From the NCBI GenBank assembly GCA_963716205.1, contig OY970290.1, positions 108,906-172,905 on the forward strand: a DNA stretch of 64,000 nt, given 5' to 3'. Made by a program: the position numbers and the translations under genes. Position 1 is the first letter of the stretch, and the number at the start of each line of letters is the position of its first letter. Source of the stretch: an uncultured bacterium (GTDB lineage: Bacteria > Patescibacteriota > Minisyncoccia > Phycocordibacterales > GWA1-40-21). Of this stretch, positions 13,748 to 24,100 are shown one piece after another. The notes beneath the pieces are model-generated. The model worked only from the letters and a program-made list of their open reading frames with translations, was not told the origin of the DNA and did no database searches.

Positions 13748-13858
13748 TTCTGGTGCTTTGTCGCGGGTGTTACACCTGATCTCATTCCGAACTCAGCAGT
13801 TAAGCCCCGTTGAGGCGATGATACTCTCTCTGAAGGGGAAAGTAGCTAGGCGCCGGAA
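13748..13858 (+). rRNA. rrf: 5S rRNA
   Basis: TTCTGGTG...CACCTGATCTCATTCCGAACTCAGCAGTTAAGC...GCGCCGGAA with paired termini, downstream of 23S. Confidence 0.93.
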
Positions 13859-13880
13859 CAAAGAATTGAACTCCTTGAAT

Positions 13881-13911
13881 AAAAAAGAGCTCCCACAAAT
13901 GGGAGTTTTTT
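13881..13911 (+). terminator. Intrinsic terminator after 5S
   Basis: GAGCTCCCA-CAAA-TGGGAGTTTTTT hairpin plus T-tract. Confidence 0.7.
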
Positions 13912-13940
13912 GCTATAATACGTTTCAATATTTAATTTTT

Positions 13941-14702
13941 ATGTCCTGGGCAAGCCGAAGAAAAACAACATATATACTTATTTTTTTCATCATCGTAATC
14001 GTTATTATCGCTGCCATCGCGTTTTTCTTTTTCTACAAACCAGCATCGTGTTTTGACGGCATTCAAAACGAAGGCGAGACAGGGATTGATTGCGGCGGGC
14101 CATGCGCCATGCTTTGCCGCGCAAATTATGCCAATCCGACTGTGCTGTGGACGCAGTGGTCAAAAGTGACGAGCTCTGGCACTTACAATCTTTTGGCGTA
14201 CGCTGAGAATCCAAACATCGGTGTCGGCGCTACAAATGTTCCGTATGAATTTAAAATCTACGATACCAACAATATTTTGCTTGATGATGAAAAAGGCACT
14301 GCTTCGATCCCGGCAAATAATAATTTCGTCGTCTTCGTGCCGGGCATCAATATTTTTGATAAAATTCCGGCGCGGATTGATTTTGCATTTTCAAATGCGA
14401 TTATCTGGCAAAAAATTCCGGATCTTGAACAGGGGATTAATCTGGTTTCAAGCACGCTGACAAACGAAGATACCGCGCCGAAATTATTCGCTACATTGCA
14501 AAATACCACCGTAAGCACTATAAATAATATTCAGTCCGTGGCTATTATCTATGATCAAAACAACAATGCAATCGCCTTTTCAAAAACCGTGACGGATTCA
14601 ATCGGTCCGAATGCAAGCGCCAATATCGTTTTTACCTGGCCAGAGCCATTTTCCGCGCCGGTCTACAAGACCGATATTATTTCCCAGGTTTTATCCCAAT
14701 AA
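13941..14702 (+). CDS. Membrane-anchored extracytoplasmic protein with Cys motif (start re-called at 13941)
   Basis: MSWASRRK + TM helix + CFDGIQNEGETGIDCGGPC..C, then beta-rich domains; the longer ORF-track start overlaps 5S. Confidence 0.75.
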   Translation: MSWASRRKTTYILIFFIIVIVIIAAIAFFFFYKPASCFDGIQNEGETGIDCGGPCAMLCRANYANPTVLWTQWSKVTSSGTYNLLAYAENPNIGVGATNVPYEFKIYDTNNILLDDEKGTASIPANNNFVVFVPGINIFDKIPARIDFAFSNAIIWQKIPDLEQGINLVSSTLTNEDTAPKLFATLQNTTVSTINNIQSVAIIYDQNNNAIAFSKTVTDSIGPNASANIVFTWPEPFSAPVYKTDIISQVLSQ

Positions 14703-14708
14703 CATATT

Positions 14709-15872
14709 ATGCTGCCGGAAAAAAGAAACACTCCTCGGTCCGGATTTTTTTCAATGTTTTCCGATGTCAATGTCGACTGGATCATGCTCGGTTCTGTCCT
14801 TGTCATTTCTTTTTTCGGCCTCTTGACGATGACATCATTTAACGGAGACAATACTTATATTGTCAAACAAATTTTGTGGATTTTGATTTCCGTATTCGTT
14901 TTTTTCTATTTGAGCACTCTTGATTATGGCTTTTTGAAAAAAACCAAAGTGGTCACCTGGATTTTTGTCATTTCGATTATTTTACTGGTGACACTTTTTG
15001 CCGTCGGTCATATCGCGAAAGGTGCGGAGAAATGGTTTGCCATCGGCGGGCTTTCATTTCAACCGTCCGATCCCATCAAGCTCGGTCTCATTATTATTCT
15101 GGCGAAATATTTTTCCCGGCGACATGTGGAAATCGCAAATATCCGGCATATTCTGGTGTCGGGTTTTTATGCACTTGTCATTTGCGCATTGATTTTCTTG
15201 CAGCCGGATTTCGGAAGCGCGCTTATCGTATTTTTTATCTGGCTCGGAATGATTTTGGTTTCCGGTGTTTCCAAAAAACATTTGTTTGCCGTATTTTTCC
15301 TCGGACTCACGGCTTTTTCCGTATTGTGGTTTTACGGATTGAGGGATTATCAAAAACAGCGCATTATTAATTTTGTCCATCCGCTTTCTGATATCCAAGG
15401 GTCCGGATACAATGCGTATCAAGCGACGATCGCCATCGGTTCCGGCGAGCTGCTCGGCAAGGGAATCGGCTACGGCACTCAATCGCGCCTGAAATTTTTG
15501 CCGGAATATCGCACTGATTTTATTTTTGCTGCTTTCGCCGAAGAATGGGGGCTTGTCGGCGTCGGAATCTTATTTTTATTTTTCGGCATTTTGATATGGA
15601 GAATATTGAGGAATGCGTATTACGGAGCGACAAATTTTGAAATTCTTTTCGGACTCGGTCTTGCAATCATGTTTATGAGTCATTTCATCGTAAATGTCGG
15701 AATGTGCCTCGGACTTATGCCGGTAACGGGAATTAATTTTCCTTTTATGAGCTACGGCGGGACCAATCTTCTCGCCTCATTTACCGGTCTCGGAATACTT
15801 ATGGGAATGAGCAGATACCGACGAAGTGCGCATAAAGAAGCGACAGAAAAAGAATTTTTAGGACTCGAATAA
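14709..15872 (+). CDS. rodA: SEDS family peptidoglycan polymerase RodA/FtsW
   Basis: GAEKW...FQPSDPIK, LQPDFGSA, YQKQRI, FLPEYRTDFIFA..AEEWG, MPVTGINFPFMSYGGT. Confidence 0.88.
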   Translation: MLPEKRNTPRSGFFSMFSDVNVDWIMLGSVLVISFFGLLTMTSFNGDNTYIVKQILWILISVFVFFYLSTLDYGFLKKTKVVTWIFVISIILLVTLFAVGHIAKGAEKWFAIGGLSFQPSDPIKLGLIIILAKYFSRRHVEIANIRHILVSGFYALVICALIFLQPDFGSALIVFFIWLGMILVSGVSKKHLFAVFFLGLTAFSVLWFYGLRDYQKQRIINFVHPLSDIQGSGYNAYQATIAIGSGELLGKGIGYGTQSRLKFLPEYRTDFIFAAFAEEWGLVGVGILFLFFGILIWRILRNAYYGATNFEILFGLGLAIMFMSHFIVNVGMCLGLMPVTGINFPFMSYGGTNLLASFTGLGILMGMSRYRRSAHKEATEKEFLGLE

Positions 15873-15911
15873 CACTCTTGATAATTTGTTTCTGATATTT
15901 TACAATATACA

Positions 15912-18900
15912 GTGATGAGACTGCAAAAAACATACAGATATACTGCATTTTCGCTGTTCGCTTTGTTTGTTTTTTTGCTTGCTTCCCGCTATGTTTCCGC
16001 TACTATTTATAATCCCGGTGAGACGCTCAATCCTGATTGCATAATGGGATCGAGTAATTGCGGAGTGGATCTTTTTTCTTCATTTATTCCTTATACCGGA
16101 GCGACAACGACCATCGATCTCAACAGTCAATTACTTACCAATGTCAGTGCTTTGAATGTTACAAGTACGACAACAATCGGTCAATCGGTCCTTATAACTT
16201 CTGGAAATCCTGATGGAATCGGTACCTCCTCTCAAGATACCGGAAGTAATTTACTTGCAGAAGGAAGTATTTATGATTTTCATATTTACTCTTATAGAAT
16301 GGTGAATGGTGTACAAGTTTTTTCTCAAAACTACACGGACATTCCATTTACTGATGATAATCTTGGCGGAACTTATAGTATTGGATTGACGTGGGACACG
16401 GTGCCGGGAGTGAGCGGATATAGAGTGGTAATCGTTCGAGATGACGAGGATGCTTATTACAGCGATCATTCAATAGATACTACAAATGATACGATTGAAT
16501 ATGATGGACTTACCGATGTTAATCCGACCAGTAATGTAAGCCCGTCTTCTTATGTGTATTCTTCCGGCGGTTTTTTACAAGTTGATGGTTCAGGCAGCAT
16601 AGCAGGCAATGTAACCATCAATAATGATCTTACGAGCGCGACAACAAAACCGGCGACCGCTCTGACCGTTTCAGGGACAATTTTTAATGATATTGGCAAT
16701 TCATCCCAGATTTCTCAGATCGCCACCACATCTGTTGGAAATGATCCGCAAGGAATTGCTATTTCCGGCAAATATTTATATGTAACGAATCAAAATGATA
16801 ACACCTTGTCTGTTGTTAATATTTCGGATCCTCATCATCCAATACAGATTGCCACAACTTCTGTTCCCAATGGTCCCAATCATATTGTTGTTTCAGGTAA
16901 TTACTTATATATAGGTCTTGATGGAGGTTCCGGTCACATTCCCACGTGTACCTCCGGAGAAGATTGTGTAGCTATTATAGATGTTTCAAATCATTTTTAC
17001 CCAATAATAACCGCTATTGTTAATGTCGGGGAGGGTCCATACGATATCGCTATTTCTGGAAAATATCTTTATGCGGTTAATAATGTTGGCCACGCCATCT
17101 CTATAACAGATATTTCAAATCCTTATAATCCTTTTAACATCGCCTCCTTATCTGTTGGAAACACACCAAACGGTATTGTTATATCCAGTCACTATGCTTA
17201 TATAACTGACACAAATAACAATGATATTTATACTGTTGATATTTCAAATCCGTATCATCCAGTGCAAATTGCCACAACCTCGGTTGGAAATAATCCTTTA
17301 GGTGTTGCGATTTCAGCTCCATATCTTTATGTAGTTAATGAAAGTGACAATGATATTTCTATTGTTGATATTTCAAATCCGTATCATCCAGTGCAAATTG
17401 CCACCACTTCCACGTTATTTGGTACTTCAATTGGCGGTGATCCTGAAAATATTGTTGTCTCTGGCCGATATGCTTATGTAACGAATCCAATCGGTAATAC
17501 TTTCTCGGTTATAGATGTTTCGAATCCTTATTATCCGATACCGATTGCTGATACTATAGTCGGAAATTCTCCAAATAATCTTGCTGTTTCAGGAAAATAT
17601 GGCTATACAGTTAATACAAATGACGGTACCATTTCAGTCATTGATCTTGGAGGTATTGATACAGGGAATCTTTCAGCCGGTGCACTTGAAGCAGGAAATA
17701 TAAATGTCGACAATAATATTGATGTTGCGGGTTCCGTAAATATCGGCACTGCGCTTTCTGTTGGAGCTGGAGGAATTCTTTCCAACGGAGATCTTTCGGT
17801 AAACGGCACAACCACCACTTCAGGCTTGAAGATTTCAAATCTTTCAAACACTTTCCTTGCAGTTGACGCAGATGGAAATGTTATAGCTGCTTCATCATCG
17901 TTTTCACGTGTTTTTATTTACGCTTCAAGTTTGCCAGGTATTCATGACAATTCAAACCTAACAACTGGTGGTGGTACGGACGATACTGCGGTTTTGCAAT
18001 CAGCCATTAATAATATTTCTTCATACGGCGGCGGAACACTCGTTATTGACGGTGTTTTTCTTGTTTCTGGTTTGGTCGTTCCAAGCAATATCACGATTGA
18101 AGGCCTCGGATGGAATACGGGCTTCTATCGATCAAACTATGCCGATGTTCCGATTATCAGAAATGCAGACCCGTCGACCACTACAGTTATGGACAAAAAC
18201 ATTCAGATGATCAACTTTGCCGTAAACGCCAACGGAGGTAATCAAAATGGTTGCCCGCTTTTGACTGAGGGTGATTACTTCGTCCAAGGTATTGCCATGT
18301 ATGGCGTAGATAATGTAACCCTCGATAATTTGCATTTCATTAATACCAACGAAGTCGTCAGCAATTTCACTGGTGCTATAGCGGGTTGTAGTGCAGATAA
18401 CGACTCAAATTATAATTACGCGTTTTTCTTTAGTAACTGGTCTAATATTACCGTTGAAAACAGTTATATTGAACAAGGTATGCTTTCCGGAAATGATGGA
18501 ATACATTTTATCGGCTCAGGAAATAACGCAATCATCAAAAATGTAAGAGGTTACAGCGGTGATGATTTCATAGCTTTTAATAGCAGTGATTATCATGACT
18601 ATTCAAGTCCTAATTCCCCTAGCTGGGTTATTGAGGATGGTCCACAATCAAACATTTTGGTTGATGGAGTTAACCTTCAGAATTCAACAGAAGGAATTTC
18701 TTTCTTGAGTGGTTACGATATCTCAAATGTTCGTGTCGAGAATATTACAGGTACAACGACTGCAGAAACCATACATTTCTGGAACTGGTATGGCGGTAGC
18801 GGTTCAGTCAAAGATATTATTTTTGACAATGTGAATGCTGTGAGCACAGGAGATTATGTTTTTAAGATGGAAGTCGGCTCGAGAATTGATAACATGCAAA

Positions 18901-21122
18901 TTTCAAATTCTAGATGGGAAAACCAAATAGCGAACGGTCCATCATGGATAGGTGTTGATGGGACTGTTATTAATGATTTGCAAATAAACAATATGATCGT
19001 TGATGAGCCAACAACCGGAACGGATGCAGAGTCTTTAATTGGTTTAGTTGGCAGCAGTGCCTCAATCGGATCACTTGCAATTAACGGTCTTGATTGGGAA
19101 CGACCATCGGGTTCGAATCCAGCGGGTTACTATATTCTATCCGGAAATGGAGCAATTAACAGCACATCTATTGCTGATATTAACATTCCGCTTTTGAGCG
19201 GAATTGCCGAAAGTACTTTAACTATATCTACAAATCAAACAACTATGGGTGGCAGTTTGGTTGTTCCTGGATCTGTTTCAATTGGTAACAATGCACTTTT
19301 TCTCCAAGCTGGAAGTATTATGTCAACAGGAACAATGGCAATTGATGCGACGAATATTGGTATCAATACAGCTAATCCCGCAAATACACTTGATGTGAAC
19401 GGTACATTCGATGTCTCTATTCCTTTAGTAACTGAAACAGGGGCAATGGTCAGTACAAACGGCACTGATACCGTCCTTACTTATAATGGTTCTGGAACAT
19501 TTGATCCGGGAGCGTATGTAAGCGAGGTACAAGTTTTAGTTGTCGGAGGAGGGGGCGGAGGAGGAGCAAAAAGAGCGGGCGGCGGCGGCGGCGGCGGAGT
19601 TATTTATGATGCAACACATTCAGTTACAAATAATATATATACAATTACAGTTGGGGCTGGCGGAGCCAGAGACACAACAGAAAATGGCGGCTCAAATGGA
19701 TCAAATTCCATATTTGATAATTTAACCGCTATTGGTGGTGGTGGAGGAGGAGGAGATAATTCTAATGATGGTCATAACGGTGGCTCAGGCGGCGGCGGTG
19801 GTGCGGATAATGGCATTGGTACCGGAGGTTCTGGCACTATTGGTCAAGGAAACAATGGGGGCAGTGGTAATACAGCTGGAGAAGGTGGCGGAGGTGGTGG
19901 TGGTGCAGGCGGGGTTGGGGTGGCCAGTACAACTTACGGCATGGGTGGAAATGGCGGAAACGGCATTTTAAACTCAATCACAGGAACATCTACTTATTAT
20001 GGAGGTGGCGGAGGTGGCGGAGGTTTCTCAAGTGGTTATGCTGGAGGTATTGGAGGAGAAGGCGGCGGCGGAGCCGGTTCAGAGTCAAGCGGAGTTTCTG
20101 GTTTGAATGGAACAGATGGCTTAGGTGGTGGAGGTGGCGGAGGAAATGATTCAGCTGATGGAGGGACTGGCGGCAGGGGTGTGGTAATTATTTCATATCC
20201 AACAAATGATACTGCGATCAAAGCACTTACTATTATGAATTCTGGCAACATCGGCATCGGCACCACCACACCATCAGCCACTCTAACCATCGTCGGCAAT
20301 CCTGCAAGTACAACATTAAGACTTGCGAATTTCGGCGCAGGAACTCTCATGACCGACAGTCTTGGAAACGTCTACGACAATTCCGATGAACGATTAAAGA
20401 ATATTATCGGTACCTCAACCATCGGTCTTAACGAACTCGAAGGATTAACTCCCATCAACTACTATTGGAATGCCACCTCCGGTCTTGATATGACAGATGA
20501 AAACACCGGCTTTTCCGCACAGAATGTAGAGCAATATATTCCAAACGCAGTCGCCACCGATACACGAGGCTACTTAACTCTTCAAGATCGTCCGATCATT
20601 GCGGCACTCGTCAATGCGGTGAAAGAAATCGGATCATTCATCAGTACTATTGGAAATGGTCTTGCTCACCTGACCGGTATTGCTATCGGCACTTCCGACA
20701 AACCGGAGGGGATTACGATGTATGACGAGTCTACGGGACAGCCGTATTGCGTTGTCATTAATAATGGAATTTTGGTTAATAATCCGGGTGAGTGTACGAC
20801 AAAAAATTCATCGGTAGGCACGTCAGTAAGCACGACTGAAAGTATCACTACTACTTCAACGGATGAAATACCGGTTGAAAATTCTTCATCAAGTTCTACT
20901 CCGGCGACAAACACTCCCGATATCGCGAGTTCAACTGAATCCGCCTCATCCACCCAATCCATAACGGGCACTGATGCTTCCACAACTCCACAAGTATCAA
21001 CAAGTACTTCTGCTCTTGCGACAACAACACTCGAAGATATCATCGCTACGACAACTGAAAACACGGCTTCGTCGTCCGATGAGACTGATGCAACGAATAC
21101 GGCAACAAGCACCGGATCGTAA
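15912..21122 (+). CDS. Giant secreted modular fibre protein 1: YVTN/LVIVD beta-propeller + pectate-lyase-like beta-helix + Gly-rich domain + peptidase S74 chaperone + Ser/Thr tail
   Basis: Signal peptide; about 7 repeats of VGNxPxGIAISGKYLYVxN..D..ISVVDISNP; GTDDTAVLQSAIN; GGGGGG blocks; [10 protein letters not shown]...TPINYYWN...GFSAQNVE. Confidence 0.8.
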   Translation: MMRLQKTYRYTAFSLFALFVFLLASRYVSATIYNPGETLNPDCIMGSSNCGVDLFSSFIPYTGATTTIDLNSQLLTNVSALNVTSTTTIGQSVLITSGNPDGIGTSSQDTGSNLLAEGSIYDFHIYSYRMVNGVQVFSQNYTDIPFTDDNLGGTYSIGLTWDTVPGVSGYRVVIVRDDEDAYYSDHSIDTTNDTIEYDGLTDVNPTSNVSPSSYVYSSGGFLQVDGSGSIAGNVTINNDLTSATTKPATALTVSGTIFNDIGNSSQISQIATTSVGNDPQGIAISGKYLYVTNQNDNTLSVVNISDPHHPIQIATTSVPNGPNHIVVSGNYLYIGLDGGSGHIPTCTSGEDCVAIIDVSNHFYPIITAIVNVGEGPYDIAISGKYLYAVNNVGHAISITDISNPYNPFNIASLSVGNTPNGIVISSHYAYITDTNNNDIYTVDISNPYHPVQIATTSVGNNPLGVAISAPYLYVVNESDNDISIVDISNPYHPVQIATTSTLFGTSIGGDPENIVVSGRYAYVTNPIGNTFSVIDVSNPYYPIPIADTIVGNSPNNLAVSGKYGYTVNTNDGTISVIDLGGIDTGNLSAGALEAGNINVDNNIDVAGSVNIGTALSVGAGGILSNGDLSVNGTTTTSGLKISNLSNTFLAVDADGNVIAASSSFSRVFIYASSLPGIHDNSNLTTGGGTDDTAVLQSAINNISSYGGGTLVIDGVFLVSGLVVPSNITIEGLGWNTGFYRSNYADVPIIRNADPSTTTVMDKNIQMINFAVNANGGNQNGCPLLTEGDYFVQGIAMYGVDNVTLDNLHFINTNEVVSNFTGAIAGCSADNDSNYNYAFFFSNWSNITVENSYIEQGMLSGNDGIHFIGSGNNAIIKNVRGYSGDDFIAFNSSDYHDYSSPNSPSWVIEDGPQSNILVDGVNLQNSTEGISFLSGYDISNVRVENITGTTTAETIHFWNWYGGSGSVKDIIFDNVNAVSTGDYVFKMEVGSRIDNMQISNSRWENQIANGPSWIGVDGTVINDLQINNMIVDEPTTGTDAESLIGLVGSSASIGSLAINGLDWERPSGSNPAGYYILSGNGAINSTSIADINIPLLSGIAESTLTISTNQTTMGGSLVVPGSVSIGNNALFLQAGSIMSTGTMAIDATNIGINTANPANTLDVNGTFDVSIPLVTETGAMVSTNGTDTVLTYNGSGTFDPGAYVSEVQVLVVGGGGGGGAKRAGGGGGGGVIYDATHSVTNNIYTITVGAGGARDTTENGGSNGSNSIFDNLTAIGGGGGGGDNSNDGHNGGSGGGGGADNGIGTGGSGTIGQGNNGGSGNTAGEGGGGGGGAGGVGVASTTYGMGGNGGNGILNSITGTSTYYGGGGGGGGFSSGYAGGIGGEGGGGAGSESSGVSGLNGTDGLGGGGGGGNDSADGGTGGRGVVIISYPTNDTAIKALTIMNSGNIGIGTTTPSATLTIVGNPASTTLRLANFGAGTLMTDSLGNVYDNSDERLKNIIGTSTIGLNELEGLTPINYYWNATSGLDMTDENTGFSAQNVEQYIPNAVATDTRGYLTLQDRPIIAALVNAVKEIGSFISTIGNGLAHLTGIAIGTSDKPEGITMYDESTGQPYCVVINNGILVNNPGECTTKNSSVGTSVSTTESITTTSTDEIPVENSSSSSTPATNTPDIASSTESASSTQSITGTDASTTPQVSTSTSALATTTLEDIIATTTENTASSSDETDATNTATSTGS
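20251..20723 (+). repeat. 473-bp near-identical direct repeat, copy 1 (S74 module)
   Basis: Aligns without gaps to 25851-26323 (offset 5600); 20385-20608 is identical. Confidence 0.95.
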
Positions 21123-21178
21123 TTGATAATCTGATTTTTCTGTTCTATAATACATGTGAGTATTGCCAAGATTTTCAC

Positions 21179-24100
21179 ATGAACAGCAAACAAAAATTTC
21201 TTCAAACAAAGAGATTACGATACGCACTCTATATAGTGTTTTCGCTTTTATTTGTATTTTCTCTTCAAAGAGCTTTTGCTGATATTTACGCTCCGGGAGC
21301 GACGCTTAATCCGGACTGCACCATGGGTTCGGCAAATTGCGGGATAGATTTCAGTCTTTCTTCAAGTTCAGAACCTCTTTTTCTCGCAGCTTCTTCATCC
21401 CTTCTTTCTACCACGTCTGCTTCCGCACTGTATGTTCCATATACCGGAGCGAATCAAAACATTGATATTGGAACAAATAATTTGCTTGGAGACAATGTTC
21501 TTACTCTTCAATCTCCAAACGGATTTGCGTTTTCAGGAAACGCGACCGATAGTTTGGCGTTTGATTTGAATAACAGTGAAGTATTTTCGACTTTTAATAA
21601 TAGCAGTACAAACGCGAACGGCACGATTCAAGTTAATCCGGGTGACTTTGAAGCAAATTTTAACGATGGTTCAGGGAACAATGGAAATTTAGAGGTTTCA
21701 AATACCGGTGCCAATATAGATTTTTCTGATGGGAGCAATGGCAACGGAGGTTTCAGTTTAAATTCAGACGGAATGGATTATGGTTTTGGCAGTAGCGGCG
21801 GCGGAGGGGGTTTTGAAGTAAGCCCGGCATATTTTAGTTTTGATTCCGGTGACAGCAACAGTGATGATGTTGCTATTAACGTAGACAGCAGTGAGAGCTA
21901 CTCTTCATTTAATAATGGCAACGGAGCAAGTGGAAATCTTTTTGTTAATCCGGGTGACTTTGAGGCAAATTTTAACGATGGTTCAGGAAATTCCGGCAGT
22001 TTGAATGCCGCAAACAGCGAATTTGATTATCATGCCCAGACAAGCAACGGCATCGTTTCTGGTTTTGGAGACAATCAATCCAACTTTTTTATTGAAGACG
22101 CGAGCGGTACTAATAATTTCTTCATCGATCCGAATACGAGCAAAGGAAATACCATTCTCTCATCCGCGGGGAATATTGATTTTACTTCAAATGTAAGTAT
22201 TGGATCAATGATCAATACTAGCTCGAATGATAGCGTAAGCACCAGTTCAATATTAGGAATTCTCACTCCATCGGGGGCGTATACCGCTTTCGGAGATTCA
22301 ATCACGAATGGTTCGGGAGGATCACAACAATCTAATGCATACGTCAATTTGATATCCACAGATTTGGGAGTTACCAATCTGGTCAATTATGGATATCCGG
22401 GAGATTTTGCCTGCAATGTGGCGACGGAACAAGTTTTTCCGAATGAAAATCCGAATAATACTTCCAATCCCATTTATACTTTGATGGTAGGCACGAATGA
22501 AGCTATCAATAAAGGTGCGGGATCATACGAATCAGTATATGAAGCATGCGATCAAGCATCGCTTGCATGGCTTGCTGTTCCATCAGAGAATAAAGTATTC
22601 GGTACAAGCAGTTCAGTCGTACTTGCCGGATCATGGACTAATAGCAATACCTATACAACCGGCAGAGGCACATACCCAACCGTGGGAATCCAATCATCAA
22701 CCAACGGATCGGTGGCAACATTTCCGATCACGACGACCGGCGGACCAATTTATATTTGGTATCGTATTATTGATGGCAATGGCGGAACATTCACATACCA
22801 GCTTGATGGTGGATCGGCGGTATCAGAAAATGCATTTACCAATCCGGAAGTGGATGATAATAACAATGGCAATCAAGGCATTGCGCTTGCGAGAATCACA
22901 GGAGTTTCAGCCGGTTCCCATACTATTGCAATCACGGTTACTTCAGCCACCAATTCCGGCAATCTCGTGCCTATCATTGCGGTCGGTACTGCGCCGAGTA
23001 GTATTTCTTCCGGTTCACCGAAAGTTTTTCCTAGCGGCTTGATATATTATCAGGATGACGAGCTTTCAGCCTCAACTGCGGCATATAATGCTGACGCGCT
23101 TGCCGATGCAGATTTGCTTGCGGACGACGGTCTTCCCATTTATCCGGTCAATGTAAGAAATTATTTTACTATCGCATATGATGTTTCCGGAATATTCGGC
23201 GGACCGCATCCGAATGATCTCGGACACTCTCTCATACGAGATGCTTTTGAAGCGGAGATGCTGCAAGTCGCTGAGGATCTATCGACATCAAGTGAAAACA
23301 GTCTTTCTCTTCCATCCGTTGCATTTCAAGTATCTACCACAAGCAGTGCGGATGGTGTTGCCGATTTTATTTCATCTTCCGGACAGTCCGCACTCTATAT
23401 TGGAGCCGATGGAAATATCAGTATCGGCACCACCACTCCAACCACAGCGCTTTCTGTCATCGGCACGACAACGACAAGCGGTTTGAATATTTCAAATCTT
23501 TCAAACACTTTTCTCGCCGTTGATGCAAATGGAAATGTTGTTGCGACGACGAGTCCATCAGGCGGATCATCCCAATGGGCAACAACAAGTGTTGGTGTTG
23601 GTTATGATGTCCCGGGCATTTATTATAATATCGGCAATGTCGGCATCGGCACAACAAATCCGAACGATGAGCTTGTTGTTACCGGAACATCGACAACAGA
23701 TACCGTTGCATATTTTGGCGGTAATGCTGATATAGCTGGCAATGCTGTGATCGGTAATACAAACACTCTTGCTCAAGGTTTGTTTTTACTTGTCGGTCAC
23801 AGATACGCTCCTAATCTTCAGCAGATAAACATTGAGTCAAGCGATGACGGAATAAATTTCTCCGATTTTGAGCAAAATCCTATTTGGTCAAATCCTGACA
23901 ATGATTCTCCGGCCATTGCTGCTGCCCGAGACCCGTCCATTGTCTATTATCACAATATTTATTATATGGTTTATAGCGCAATACCGTATAATGGAGGCTT
24001 TGATTCGAATACTGTTTTTGGGCTGGCGACTTCTTCTGATTTGAAAAATTGGAATTTCGTCGGGGATATTTCCGTTACCTCAATCGGGACGGTGTATTGG

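Noticed and set aside
13758-13940. N-terminal extension of the 13758-14702 ORF
   Set aside because: Overlaps 5S rRNA and its terminator; ATG 13941 follows a TGCTATAAT promoter.
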